Shown: positions 19,475 to 30,583, numbered from the stretch's first letter. The stretch is DNA of 64,000 nucleotides from Promethearchaeati archaeon SRVP18_Atabeyarchaeia-1 (GCA_037308085.1 CP147779.1:864001-928000); one strand, 5' to 3'. Notes: generated from the letters alone by a model not told the origin. Numbers and translations: made by a program.

Positions 19475-21244
19475 TCATTCTTCCTTCACGGTCTTCAGCT
19501 GTTTCCTATACATATCAACGATTTCTTGGGATGTCGTTGCTTCCTCAGGTCCCTTGTCTTCCCGCCATTTCCCCGTGAACCTTGGGAACCTAACAGCGAG
19601 TCCGCTCCCCTTCCTGATCATGTTCATGGCACAGGTGTGAATAGGGCTCAACGTGATCTCGTCCCCAATGATCTCAATAACTCTTCCTGGAGAAAACCAG
19701 ACATCAGCTTCGAGTATCGCATCTACCCTGCCGTGCCTATGGAGTATCTTAAGCTCCTCCATCACCTTAGGTATTCTTGACAGTGCTTCATCCGTAAAAC
19801 CTGTTCCAACCTTGCATACCGTCTTGAAGGAGTCAGCTTCCTCATCATATACTGCAACGAGTATAGCCCCGTAGGTCCCCGCTCTCTTTCCTCTGCCTCG
19901 AAATGCGCCAACGATGACGACTTCAATCGGCTCCACCATTTTAGATTGATAAGAGCGCTTCAGCTTAATCCAGTTCCAGCCACGGGCACCAGCTTGATAG
20001 AAACTGTTCTCAGAAACAGACTTCAGAACCAGCCCTTCACAGCCGGCTTCGATTGCTTCCTCGAAGAAAACCTCGATCTTATTCACATCATCACTTACAA
20101 GCGCCTCAGCCAACTTGACCCTGTCACTCTGGTCTATGATCTTCTCTAGAATCTTCCTTCTTTCAGAGTAGGGTGCCGTAGTTGTGTCTTTTCCATCAAC
20201 ATAGAGAACATCAAAAGAATACAGCCCCACCGGGTACTTGTCAATTGCTTCTTTAACACCGTATTTCCTCCGCCGATGCATCAATTCTTGGAATGGCTTG
20301 AACTCTCCTGCGTCCAAGTCGAGAGCCACACACTCACCTTCAAGAATTGCATCCTTCGCCTTCACATACTTCTTCGCCAGCTCACAGACGTCAGGATACT
20401 GATCTCCAATATCCTCCAACCTCCGCGAGAAGAGTCTGACTTCCTCGCCTTTCTTGTGAACTTGTATTCTTTCCCCGTCGTACTTGTATTCACATGCCGC
20501 TCTGCCGCCAAGTTTCTCAAGTATCTCTTTTGCCGAGGTAAGCCGCTGAGCGAGCATCGGTCTTATCGGACTACCCACCCTTACTCGGAACTTCTTGATC
20601 GCCGCGATCCCCTGAGTCGCAAGGGTCTTCGCAACAAGCCCTATGTCAGAACTGAGGTTATAGGCAGTTTCAATGTAAGTCCTATTAGATTTACTTTCCG
20701 TAAACGCGACAGCAAGCGCGTCCAACAGCGTCATGTCAGCTATACCAAGCCTCAGAGTCCCAGTCGCCATCCTTATTATGTACTTGGCCTCACCAGGGGA
20801 AGCTCCCGTCAGTAGACCTGACAAGAGCTTGTTCTTTATCTCCTGCGACTTGGTGCCCGAAGTCTTTGCAATCTTGTCCAAAGTGTCGTAAACATGGTCG
20901 ACCGTTAGCTCCGTTGCCCTGCCAAGAGGTGCCTGCGTTCTCTGCTTCGCGAGTGCCTCCACAGTCAATCCGAGGTCTCCCGTCTCCTTCAGCTTCTCCT
21001 CAATAAGACTTGCAGATTCCCCAAAAGCGGTTGCGATCGCCTTGATGGCCGTTTTCTCAGCTATCCCAATCTCAATAGGTACGAATAATGGGTACAGGCG
21101 ACCAAGCGTCAGGTAGGCTACTCTATCGATGATGTCCTTTGGAGTCTGTTTTATTAGATGCACCAAATAATCCGTTATCTCGAGCCTCTTCGTTGTACTC
21201 TCAATTCTATTATACGCTTCAACAATCTCAGAGTAAAGCAGCAT
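19475..21244 (-). CDS. lig: ATP-dependent DNA ligase
   Basis: EYKYDGER adenylation motif, EGLVLK, WIKLK, VRFPRF. Confidence 0.97.
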   Translation of the reverse strand: MLLYSEIVEAYNRIESTTKRLEITDYLVHLIKQTPKDIIDRVAYLTLGRLYPLFVPIEIGIAEKTAIKAIATAFGESASLIEEKLKETGDLGLTVEALAKQRTQAPLGRATELTVDHVYDTLDKIAKTSGTKSQEIKNKLLSGLLTGASPGEAKYIIRMATGTLRLGIADMTLLDALAVAFTESKSNRTYIETAYNLSSDIGLVAKTLATQGIAAIKKFRVRVGSPIRPMLAQRLTSAKEILEKLGGRAACEYKYDGERIQVHKKGEEVRLFSRRLEDIGDQYPDVCELAKKYVKAKDAILEGECVALDLDAGEFKPFQELMHRRRKYGVKEAIDKYPVGLYSFDVLYVDGKDTTTAPYSERRKILEKIIDQSDRVKLAEALVSDDVNKIEVFFEEAIEAGCEGLVLKSVSENSFYQAGARGWNWIKLKRSYQSKMVEPIEVVIVGAFRGRGKRAGTYGAILVAVYDEEADSFKTVCKVGTGFTDEALSRIPKVMEELKILHRHGRVDAILEADVWFSPGRVIEIIGDEITLSPIHTCAMNMIRKGSGLAVRFPRFTGKWREDKGPEEATTSQEIVDMYRKQLKTVKEE

Positions 21245-21453
21245 GATCCTATCCTCCTAGAAACAGACGGCAGGAACTTGGATTCTAAGGATCGTGATTC
21301 CTTGGGTGAATTCTTCAATTGCCAAGAGGGAATTCTTGGCAGTATCAACTCTCTCCACATTAACATAAAAATGTTGCCGAAAACAACTTTTATATAAACC
21401 ACGTCTCATTACATACCAGAAGAGGACCACAAATCTTACTATACTTTACTCTC

Positions 21454-22077
21454 TTGCCTCTGTTGAATCATGTTTCACTCACGGAGAGTGCGAACCAAGT
21501 AATGACGACAACCATAGGGATCGTTTACGACGGCGGGGTGGCGCTGGGCTCCGAAAGTCGCGCCACAGAAGGCTACTTTATTGCGAGCAAGGAAGCCCCC
21601 AAGATATACAAGATAAACGACAAGATTGGCATGACGATCTCAGGGGGAGTAGCTGACTGCCAGCAGATGGTGAAAAACATTCGGGCACTCACAAATATTA
21701 GAAGAATGGAGACGGGACGAGGTGTCACCGTGAAATCAGTCGCACAGCTCACATCGGTTATACTTTTCCAGAACAGACTCACCCCGTATATTTCTGAGAT
21801 GATTGTAGGCGGAGTTGATGACACTGGTCCCCATCTCTACATACTCGATCCTCTTGGCTCGCTTATCCCGGAAGAACACTACACCGCAACAGGCTCAGGG
21901 TCGGTCGTAGCCCTCGGAGTACTGGAGAGCCAATACAAAGATGGAATGAGCTTGGACTCGGTCATAAAACTCATCACAACGGCAATCACTGCCTCAAGGG
22001 CAAGAGACATCGCGTCAGGCGGTCCATTGCAGATCATAGCGATAACAAAAAGTGACGGCTACAAGAAGATCCAGTGA
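21454..22077 (+). CDS. psmB: Proteasome beta subunit
   Basis: TTTIG N-terminal nucleophile, E17/K33 equivalents, SGGVAD, TGSGS; probable start ATG 21502. Confidence 0.93.
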   Translation: MPLLNHVSLTESANQVMTTTIGIVYDGGVALGSESRATEGYFIASKEAPKIYKINDKIGMTISGGVADCQQMVKNIRALTNIRRMETGRGVTVKSVAQLTSVILFQNRLTPYISEMIVGGVDDTGPHLYILDPLGSLIPEEHYTATGSGSVVALGVLESQYKDGMSLDSVIKLITTAITASRARDIASGGPLQIIAITKSDGYKKIQ

Positions 22078-22143
22078 GACAACATTGCCGCCAGCCCGCT
22101 CTTCATCCGTGAACTATGAGAAATCAGGAAGCATAGTCTAGTC

Positions 22144-22581
22144 ATGCACCTGTTCTCCCGATTAGGAGAGGATATCAAATTGAGCTCCGAAATCATAGGC
22201 AGGGACTCGGCCAAGGGAAGATTGATCCGAGAGTACATCGAAAAGGATCCTCTCAGATACGAGCTCTTCAAGGCCCTGTCAGACGGAAGGTGGCACTCGA
22301 CGCTGGAGTTGTGGAGGACGGTAAGGCGCGTCAAGAAGTTTGGACAACTCGTTGGCCTCGTAAGAGTCGGGAAAATACTAGCGCAATTCCAGAGTGTAGC
22401 AGGAGAGGACATCCTGGAGAGAAGGGAGGGCTTAGACATAAGCGAATGGAGAGTCAGTTCTCTTTTTCAGTCGATAGTGAGTGACATAATCCAGTCCATG
22501 TCACAACTGGACGAGGAGAAGAAAGTCGAGACTACGGACGAACAGCCGGAAGACGAGGAACAGAGGCGAGAGGAAACCTAG
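22144..22581 (+). CDS. Hypothetical protein, possible winged helix with acidic tail
   Basis: DPLRYELFKALSDGRWHSTLEL HTH-like segment; follows psmB. Confidence 0.55.
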   Translation: MHLFSRLGEDIKLSSEIIGRDSAKGRLIREYIEKDPLRYELFKALSDGRWHSTLELWRTVRRVKKFGQLVGLVRVGKILAQFQSVAGEDILERREGLDISEWRVSSLFQSIVSDIIQSMSQLDEEKKVETTDEQPEDEEQRREET

Positions 22582-22602
22582 TGAGTCACGCGAATAATGA
22601 AC

Positions 22603-23232
22603 TTACCATATTCCGTAGTTCTCAAGCACACCCGTGGGGCGAACTGCAAGCCAAGGTATTGACGCATCCCAGATGCTTTGCTCAGTGTTGATGAGCGCTG
22701 CGGTTATGATTATCGCCGTCCACCCAGTTATGCCGTCAAGGGAAATATAGCTAACACTAGGTGCGAAAATTGTCAGGAAAATAGCTATGTTGAATCCTAT
22801 CATTACGATGTCCCGAACTAGTACGGCAAGAGCCATGGAGACAGCATAAGTCCTTGGTCTGGTAAGTTGGATCGATAACCCTTGCTTTCCGGGTCTTGCT
22901 CCCCGGCGTGAGAACTTAAGGAACAAAGTGGGAATTACTATCATCGGGGCTGTCGCAGCAAACTTCATAAGAGGTCCCCAAGGCGTGAAGGGATCCACTG
23001 GGAGAAGAGCAATTGTACCAACCACTGCAGCTATTAACCCGCTTCGCATTCCAAACATGAGAAAGCAAGTGACCCAGAATATGCTGACAGGGTCTATCAG
23101 AGCTATTCCCCATCCTGGAACCCTGGGCAAATATGGCGCTGAAATCACAGCTATGACCGCCGATGCGGCGCCGAATATGGCGGCCCCAGTCACTTCAATT
23201 GTCCTTGTTCCGAGAGCTCCTTTCCCACTCAA
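22603..23232 (-). CDS. ECF transporter S component-like membrane protein
   Basis: About 6 hydrophobic helices; AAIFGA, IDPVSI, GPLMK. Confidence 0.7.
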   Translation of the reverse strand: MSGKGALGTRTIEVTGAAIFGAASAVIAVISAPYLPRVPGWGIALIDPVSIFWVTCFLMFGMRSGLIAAVVGTIALLPVDPFTPWGPLMKFAATAPMIVIPTLFLKFSRRGARPGKQGLSIQLTRPRTYAVSMALAVLVRDIVMIGFNIAIFLTIFAPSVSYISLDGITGWTAIIITAALINTEQSIWDASIPWLAVRPTGVLENYGIW

Positions 23233-23411
23233 AGTGAGTACACCTTTGTTTGATTCGTACGCTCTGACGCTTAAGGATTAGGATATGTTGTCAGATAGTA
23301 CATATATAAGATTTTAGTATATACTCGATCATGAGTAACATAATGTTCACAACCATAAACACAGATATATTACCGAGATTGATTGAAACTTACCCAGAAG
23401 TCTGAGGGTGG

Positions 23412-24344
23412 ATGATAACGCTTAGCGATCCATTTGGAAGGGGAATCTCCAACATACGGATCTCTCTAACCGAGCGCTGCAATTTGAATTGTAGCTACTG
23501 CCACAAAGAGGGGCATTCCAGCAAATCTGGTCGCGAGCTCTCCCCAAGCGAAGTCGAGAGACTAATGCGGGTAGCCACTTCACTCGGCATAAACCGCGTC
23601 AAACTTACAGGTGGAGAGCCCACCCTTCGTGGTGATCTTGTCGAGATAATAGGTCGGATCGCTTTGATTCCAGGTATTGGCGAGATCTCCATGACCACCA
23701 ACGGCACCCTTCTCGAGAATCTTGCAACGGAACTAAAGAGAGTTGGCCTGGGAAGGGTGAATGTGACAATAGACTCGCTGAAACCAGAAGTCTACTCGAG
23801 AATAACCGGACATGATTCGCTTGATGATGCCATTCGAGGATTAGAAGCCGCGGTTACGGCAAAGCTGACTCCGGCAAAGATCAATACTGTCGTTCTCAAA
23901 TCCGTTAATGAGTCAGAGGTGCAAGATCTGATCAGCTTCTCGTCGAAGATGGGTGTAATTCTGCAACTAATCGAACTGGTATCTAAGAACGATCATACTG
24001 GCTTCTATCGCAAATATCACTATGACCTAGGTCCCATAGAGGATTCACTAAGAAGAGAATCCGTGAAGGCAATCGACAGGGTGATGAACAAGAGAAGAAA
24101 GTATATTCTTCCCAACGGATCTGAAGTAGAAATTGTGAAACCGATGCATAACACCGAGTTCTGCTCCAATTGCCACCGAATCAGGTTAACGAGTGACGGA
24201 CAGCTGAAGCCATGCCTAATGCGGGATGAAAACCTCGTCGACGTAATATCCCCTCTGCGACGCGGAGCCACAGATTCACAATTGGCTGCGCTTATCAGAG
24301 AAGCAGTTCAAAGACGCGAGCCCTACTACAGAGCCACTCTTTAG
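23412..24344 (+). CDS. moaA: GTP 3',8-cyclase (molybdopterin biosynthesis)
   Basis: CNLNCSYCH radical SAM motif, LTGGEP, FCSNCHRIRLTSDGQLKPCL. Confidence 0.95.
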   Translation: MITLSDPFGRGISNIRISLTERCNLNCSYCHKEGHSSKSGRELSPSEVERLMRVATSLGINRVKLTGGEPTLRGDLVEIIGRIALIPGIGEISMTTNGTLLENLATELKRVGLGRVNVTIDSLKPEVYSRITGHDSLDDAIRGLEAAVTAKLTPAKINTVVLKSVNESEVQDLISFSSKMGVILQLIELVSKNDHTGFYRKYHYDLGPIEDSLRRESVKAIDRVMNKRRKYILPNGSEVEIVKPMHNTEFCSNCHRIRLTSDGQLKPCLMRDENLVDVISPLRRGATDSQLAALIREAVQRREPYYRATL

Positions 24345-24460
24345 CTTTACACTAGTTTCTTGGCTTCAAAGTCTCGACTTCGTAACTCCAAAGTTTTAAA
24401 AGGATACGGCGATACTTCTTCCTACACAAAACTGTCGATGCAGAGCACTGATTCGGAGGA

Positions 24461-24661
24461 ATGATTTCTATGCCACGTAGAGGTGGCGGTGCTTTCAGTA
24501 GCAGGAAGAAGAGTCTCATACTCCTATCACGTGAGGACGTCCTTGGCAAGTATAGGATTATTGTGGCCACTTGCCCCGATAAGCGTGGAGCATCTTGCAT
24601 GATAACTTATGGATCCTGCAAAGCCATCAACTGCCCGAAAGTCTTCAAGGTTCCACCATGA
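24461..24661 (+). CDS. Small basic Cys-containing hypothetical protein
   Basis: GGAGGA RBS, four Cys residues, co-oriented between moaA and GGGPS. Confidence 0.45.
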   Translation: MISMPRRGGGAFSSRKKSLILLSREDVLGKYRIIVATCPDKRGASCMITYGSCKAINCPKVFKVPP

Positions 24662-24692
24662 TTAGGACAACTTTTTTTGACTTAAGGTTCTC

Positions 24693-25505
24693 GTGAAACT
24701 AGACAAGAGAGAAACGGCTGGTATTCAAATGCCAGGAGAGCGCATCTGGAAATACATTACCGACGCCTTAAGCAAAGATCACGTGCTGCATCTTTCCCTC
24801 ATAGACCCGGACCCATTAACGGTGACGGCTGAGCAAGCTGGGAAGATGGCAGAGCTCGCTGCAGAAGCTGGCACTGATGGAATAATGGTCGGGGGATCAA
24901 CGGCGTTTGGCATACTTGATGAAACTGTGAAAGAAATTAAGTCAAGGGTGGACGTACCCGTAATACTTTTCCCCGGGAACGTAAACGGGCTGACAAAGTA
25001 CGCTGACGCAGTCTTCTTCATGAACCTTCTCAATTCACGTAACACCTACTGGATGATGGAAGCAGCGATGCTCTCAGCCCCCGCAGTAAGAATGCTGGGG
25101 CTCGAAACTATCTCGATGGCTTACCTTGTCGTTGAACCTGGGGGTACGGCAGGATGGGTTGGAGAGGCCCGTCTTATACCCAGGGACAAACCCAAGATAG
25201 CTGCTGCCTATGCTCTGGAGGCCGAGATGGTAGGATACAAGCTGGTATACCTAGAGGCTGGCAGTGGCGCTAGCGCCTCAGTCCCGCCAGAAATGGTCAA
25301 GCTAGTTTCGGGCATTATAGAGTTGCCTCTCGTTGTCGGTGGAGGCATTGTCACGACCGAGCAGGCAGTGGCATTAGCGAAGGCTGGCGCCAAGATCATA
25401 GTGCAAGGCAACATAATAGAGAAGACCGTGATTAAGGACAAGGGCAACCTGCTCAAGGAGACCATAACGCGGATTAAGGAAGAAGGTAAGAAGAAAGGGC
25501 ACTAG
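24693..25505 (+). CDS. Geranylgeranylglyceryl phosphate synthase (group II)
   Basis: LIDPD, IMVGGS, LFPG, LLNSRN, YLEAGSGA, VGGGI; probable start 24729. Confidence 0.93.
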   Translation: MKLDKRETAGIQMPGERIWKYITDALSKDHVLHLSLIDPDPLTVTAEQAGKMAELAAEAGTDGIMVGGSTAFGILDETVKEIKSRVDVPVILFPGNVNGLTKYADAVFFMNLLNSRNTYWMMEAAMLSAPAVRMLGLETISMAYLVVEPGGTAGWVGEARLIPRDKPKIAAAYALEAEMVGYKLVYLEAGSGASASVPPEMVKLVSGIIELPLVVGGGIVTTEQAVALAKAGAKIIVQGNIIEKTVIKDKGNLLKETITRIKEEGKKKGH

Positions 25506-25530
25506 CGGGCAACTTGTTGTGGACCAGATT

Positions 25531-26328
25531 CTAGCTTATGTAGTCGGTCTCCGCACCAGATCTCTTCTGAGCCTTTACGCCGTAGGCTTCCAGCAATTTC
25601 TCAATGGCCGACGACAGCTTTGAAGAATCTACTTCGAGTTTGAAGGATGCATTCAGGAGGTCTATCAGTGCTTTTGATGCGCTTGGGTCGCTGGGTAGCG
25701 CTTGGCAAGCTTCTGCCAGCAATATGCAGCCAGGTGTTTTGCAGAGCCTATCCGTCAAAGATGGTGTAACCCCGTTCATGCCAAATATTGTTCCTTCGGT
25801 TAGTACGTGGGCCCCATGGCTAACAAAGAAATTTAATAGTCGCTTCGTTGTGGCGGCAGCGTAAACCTTTGGATTCACGTTGATCATGGCGACTGGCGAA
25901 GCGGCAAGAGAGACAAGTGCCTTAACGCCAAGATTCTTCAAGCGCTCCACAAGAAAAAGAGAGAACGTGTTTATTCCGTCGCCATTCGTAGGTTGCCCAT
26001 CCCCGGTGACGAAAATGAAGTCTCTTGTTTTTCCATTCCAAATGTAGGCGCAAGTCTTCAGCGCAGTCATGTAGCCGAGCTCATCAACCTTCACATGAGG
26101 AAGAAGATCATAGAAATAGAACTCGTACATCTTCTTCGGCTTCAGTTCCTCCAGTATGTAGTCAAGCGCCGCCTTTCCACACATCGCGACGCCTGGCATA
26201 CCCTGGATGCAGATGGGCTTCCTTAGGTCAGATGAATTGCGGACGGCGCCTTCCCCTTCCACGGTTACGACCTTGAAGCCCGTAGAGTAGTCCTCGGCTT
26301 CCATTACAATTCTAACCTCATCAAACAC
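25531..26328 (-). CDS. PAC2 family proteasome assembly chaperone
   Basis: QGMPGVAMCGK, TGDGQP, GTIFGMNG, DPSASK. Confidence 0.85.
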   Translation of the reverse strand: MFDEVRIVMEAEDYSTGFKVVTVEGEGAVRNSSDLRKPICIQGMPGVAMCGKAALDYILEELKPKKMYEFYFYDLLPHVKVDELGYMTALKTCAYIWNGKTRDFIFVTGDGQPTNGDGINTFSLFLVERLKNLGVKALVSLAASPVAMINVNPKVYAAATTKRLLNFFVSHGAHVLTEGTIFGMNGVTPSLTDRLCKTPGCILLAEACQALPSDPSASKALIDLLNASFKLEVDSSKLSSAIEKLLEAYGVKAQKRSGAETDYIS

Positions 26329-27493
26329 GCATTCAATATGACTAGCACAGTAACGCTTTTCTTATTTTCGATCTCTCTCCCCCCCAATGCTGTCTTAATA
26401 AATGAATTAAATGAGAGAGTCTATTGATTGACTGACGAACCTAGAATCTTCATTGCGATAGGTCGTGTTGATGTCTCTATTAATATGTCACGAAGGACCG
26501 TCGGTCACTCGTACCTAGCAAGCGGGGCACTTTGGTAGGCTGGCAATGTCTTTCTCGTACGGATCCTCTGGCTCCGGATATGTTATTTCCAAGTTAAGTT
26601 GTAGGCTACGTTCCTTGGAAGCTGAAGAGATTCCAGCTAAGGTTTTGTCCTCAACTTCAGCTTGCGTTAACCCGCTTAACAACTGGCATTAATTCCAACC
26701 CCTCCTGTAAAAGAGCGGTCTGAGTGACAGATTAGTCACTTGAACGAAAATAGGTGGTCACATTAGTGGTCTCTTTAAAGGGACTCAAACAACGATAGGG
26801 TGAAGCCCTGCCTTTGACTCGCAGAGCAAGGAATGTGAAGCAATGGTGGATCTGCTCATAGTGGAATCGTGAAGACAAGCCCACGAACCCGATAAGATAA
26901 CAATACTGGCGCTAAAGATCCTTGGAGGTCACCGACGAGTTCAGTGACAGAGCGAATCCTCTAGCAAGCTTGGAGCTCATCGGCACTATTGAAATAGAAT
27001 TAGCGAAAAGAGCATCCGCTAACCGCGTCGCACTAGGTCACTCTGTGAAATGAGTGGTACTGACACTGGGGATGAGGTGGGCGAGGTAGAGAGAATGTGC
27101 TCCGGAAGTGGAGAGAGATTGCGCGAGAACACTAAGAACTCAGGGAAGTAGAATAAAGGAGGCAACCACCTGGAATAGCGTTTGAAGGAACACGAAGCGG
27201 CGCTGAGCAAACCAGAAGAGGCCTCTTCGACAAAATCAAGTGAGGAACCCGTAGCTTTCATTGATGGAATCGAATAGCGAAAGCTGACATGGAAAAGGGA
27301 AAGAAGCTGGACGATGAAAAACCTCAACATCTCACGATGGGTGCAGAGCACACAACAGCCTAGGAGGGTCGGAGAGCAACAGACGATCCAACAACATCAA
27401 ACGAATCGGAGACTGAAGTAAAGATGGAAGAGCATAACACGAATACGAGGACCCAGTAAACCAGCCAGGGAATCCAGATTTCTCAATAAGGAG

Positions 27494-29098
27494 ATGAGAG
27501 TTCTGACCGAGAGAAAGGATCATAGGTACGGAAAGCGGAGAGACAGGAAAACTGTGGAGGAACCGCAACAGAGAGCAGAGCAACAGCAAGGCAATTCGAA
27601 TGATAGCAAACGCCCAGAGATTCCAACAACTGAACCGCGGTGCACTAATCAAGACAAAGAAAGCGAGCCAACGACCGAGCATCAAGATGATGAACACAAT
27701 TCTCTCAAATTGACTGATAACCTAAGAGTGTTCATCAAAGCCAACCGTGAGCTCCTGATGAAAGAAGGAATAACTCTTGAGAACGATGAAGCAAGACTGG
27801 ACAACAAGACACTCGTGAAGCTGGGAGAGAGCGAAGGATTCACAATAATCTATGAAAACCAGTACTACAAGATCACAACGGTGGAGAAGGAAAAGATAGG
27901 AAACCTGGAACTTCATAAATACAGAACAAAGCAAGGAGAAGAATTCCTACACGTACCAAAAGAAAACATGATAATTCCGCCCTATGAGACAGAGTGGTAC
28001 GCGTTGCCACGAGCCGCCGACATATATCTCGATAAGGAATACAAGCGTGAGTTACTCGAAGCTGCATTAGATAAAGCGGGAGGGCAAGTAGCGCTCCGAG
28101 AGGAGATGAGGAAGAAACAAACACGAATTGGCGCCAGTTTCTTAAGGGATCATCTGCACGGACGAGTGGATGGTATGACGGTTGAGAAGTTGATGCTAAT
28201 CCTAGCATACTTAGGAAGGGGCATTAGTGAGCCGAATAGACACATCACGGCAATAGGATGCGGGAGAGCGGTTGAGAACCCAAACCTTCCTCTTAATCTA
28301 AATAATATTGATGGAGCTAGGCTCCTCGCGGCAAGATTCTCGGACGGATCACTGTACGTTTCTCAAGGCAAAGGACCGGTATTTGACTATGGCAACAACG
28401 ACGCGAACCAAAGGAAAAGGATCGCAGAATCAATAACAAACGTTTTCGGTGAAGCGAGAATACTCAATAGGGGGAAAGTTAGAGCCCTTTGCGGTAGGGT
28501 GCGCACATCAACATACGTCATTGGACGCACACTACAGAGATCAGGAGCGATTGCTGGCGAAATTGTTAGGCAGAACCCAGAGATACCTGCATTCATACTG
28601 CAAGGATCAAAGGAATTGAAACGAGAGTGGCTAAGGCAAGCCTTCGGGGATGAAGGATCAACGTGGCCTCAACGCGGTCTAGTGAAGTTGTCGAGAGCGG
28701 TGAATGCGACTCATAGACTGTCGGATCAGCAGAGAGATTTGCTAGACGCTAGTAAGGAATGGAAGAGAAAATTGTTCACGGACGCATGCAAGAAACAGAT
28801 CAAGTATTGCAGATTCAGTGACTTGCCTAGGGACATCCAGGAAACGTTGAAGCTTGAATATCCAAGACTCCTAGAGTCAGAAGCGAAAATGCTTCGCGAA
28901 GATTTCGGCATAAACAGCAATAGTTTTCCAAACGAGGTATACGAGGGAGAAGCCGGCTATAGTGTCAACTGGGTGTTGCAGACAACTTCCAGAAGAGATA
29001 GCAGAATCTTCTGCAGTGAAATAGGGTTTCCACAGAATAGGAAGCAGAAAGTACTTGAAGATGTGCTGAAAATGAAGGGGGTCGATCGTCAGCGATGA
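27494..29098 (+). CDS. Free-standing two-motif LAGLIDADG-like protein with charged low-complexity N-terminus
   Basis: LLAARFSDGS and WLRQAFGDEGS motifs; ending IGFPQNRKQ as in DOD domains; no intein termini. Confidence 0.65.
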   Translation: MRVLTERKDHRYGKRRDRKTVEEPQQRAEQQQGNSNDSKRPEIPTTEPRCTNQDKESEPTTEHQDDEHNSLKLTDNLRVFIKANRELLMKEGITLENDEARLDNKTLVKLGESEGFTIIYENQYYKITTVEKEKIGNLELHKYRTKQGEEFLHVPKENMIIPPYETEWYALPRAADIYLDKEYKRELLEAALDKAGGQVALREEMRKKQTRIGASFLRDHLHGRVDGMTVEKLMLILAYLGRGISEPNRHITAIGCGRAVENPNLPLNLNNIDGARLLAARFSDGSLYVSQGKGPVFDYGNNDANQRKRIAESITNVFGEARILNRGKVRALCGRVRTSTYVIGRTLQRSGAIAGEIVRQNPEIPAFILQGSKELKREWLRQAFGDEGSTWPQRGLVKLSRAVNATHRLSDQQRDLLDASKEWKRKLFTDACKKQIKYCRFSDLPRDIQETLKLEYPRLLESEAKMLREDFGINSNSFPNEVYEGEAGYSVNWVLQTTSRRDSRIFCSEIGFPQNRKQKVLEDVLKMKGVDRQR

Positions 29099-29476
29099 GG
29101 GCCAACTTATCTCGAAGACAAGCTAGTATTCGTCAAGAAGGGGAGCAGGTTCTGCAAGGCAGATGAGATGGCATAGCAACCAGTTGAGAAGGATCGAGAC
29201 CAGAGGGAGCAAAACAAGCGATTTCATTCGCAAAAGTGAACATAACAATGCACTTGTCTTACCACCACACAAATGAGATATATGGACATGACCGCTATGA
29301 ACTGCTCACTGAGGAGGACAGCGAAATCGACTAAGCTCTATTAGACAAATTCCTGAATGAACAATGTCCCCAAGAACCTCGATTGGAGAATCGATCACTA
29401 CCCTCTCTAGATAAGGAGCAAGTTTGTTGAGGGCAACGAAGATCGCTGCTGGCGTCCACCTGGTACTGTCGTTCTG

Positions 29477-30160
29477 TTATTCCTGGTGCTCAGTCTGGGA
29501 GGCGCCCTTTTCCTCTAGATGTTGCAGAACTGGATCCACAATGCTCCATATCTCGTCGGCTATCTCTCCTGGAGAACGCTTGTCGTCACCGTTTATTACT
29601 CGGACATTTTGTCGTCCACTAAAATGCCCAAGAAAGATCCGTCTCACTTTCTCCAAGTAGTCTCTTCTCTCAAAATGATTTGGCTCTGAATTTCTACTGT
29701 GTACGATCCTACGTAACGCGACTTCTGGACTTATATCAAGAATAAGCGTGATATCAGCCTCAGGCGCGATATCTCTATTCACTCTCTCGACATAATCTGG
29801 GTCGAGCCCTAGCGCCCCTTGATAAGCAACATTGGAGAAATAGTACCGATCCATAACCACCACTGACTTCTTCTCCAATGCCGGTTTGATGTTGTCTCTT
29901 ACATCCTCTATCCGGTCACGGAGGAAGAAGTCTAACTCTTCCATCGGCTTTATCTTGTCCCGACCTTTCTTTGCCAAGTTTCTTATCTTCTTTCCCCACT
30001 CTCCATCCGTTGGCTCATGAAAGAAACTGCTGAGAAACCCAAGCTCATCAAGTCTGTCTCTGAGTCTTTTGGATTGAGTGGTTTTTCCTGCCCCGTCTAT
30101 CCCCTCTAGAGCAACAAGTACTCCTCTTCTCAAGAGCCTGCGCCCCGGTGCCTCTAACAA
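29477..30160 (-). CDS. tmk: Thymidylate kinase
   Basis: EGIDGAGKTT, HEPT, MDRY..S..AYQG. Confidence 0.95.
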   Translation of the reverse strand: MLEAPGRRLLRRGVLVALEGIDGAGKTTQSKRLRDRLDELGFLSSFFHEPTDGEWGKKIRNLAKKGRDKIKPMEELDFFLRDRIEDVRDNIKPALEKKSVVVMDRYYFSNVAYQGALGLDPDYVERVNRDIAPEADITLILDISPEVALRRIVHSRNSEPNHFERRDYLEKVRRIFLGHFSGRQNVRVINGDDKRSPGEIADEIWSIVDPVLQHLEEKGASQTEHQE

Positions 30161-30315
30161 AAATAATCCCTCATCACTCTATAGCGTTTGGTATTATATA
30201 GGTGCGAAATAAAAGCTTTTGGATTTCTTTGTTGTCTAATCTTATTCCTTGTTGCCCTATTAAATCCGCACCCAATCATCTATTAGCACACCTGCCATAA
30301 TCAGCGATCTGTCAT

Positions 30316-30519
30316 TTGGGCGTTATAGTCTATTCAAGAATGAACGCTTCATCCCTGAAGAGGTTCCATAGACCCCGTCGAGCGGCTTTGATACTATACC
30401 TTCACCTTAGCAGGGTAAAGAACTGGGGATACCCGATTGTTGACACATCCGGATCCATAGACGAGACGCAGAAGAGAATAAAGGAAATCGTCACACCATT
30501 TCTTTCGAAGTCAAAGTGA
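30316..30519 (+). pseudogene. Possible C-terminal fragment of an NMP kinase
   Basis: IVDTSGSIDETQKRIKEIV resembles dTMP-kinase C-termini; no P-loop upstream. Confidence 0.3.
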
Positions 30520-30583
30520 GAAAGCACAGTCCTCTGAGATTCCTGACAATATGGTATCGGTCCTTGGGAGAATCTCGCGGGGT

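Noticed and set aside
27050-27460. Repeated in-frame TAG as pyrrolysine or stop-codon reassignment
   Set aside because: Frameshifts are also needed, and many intact genes in the window end in TAG
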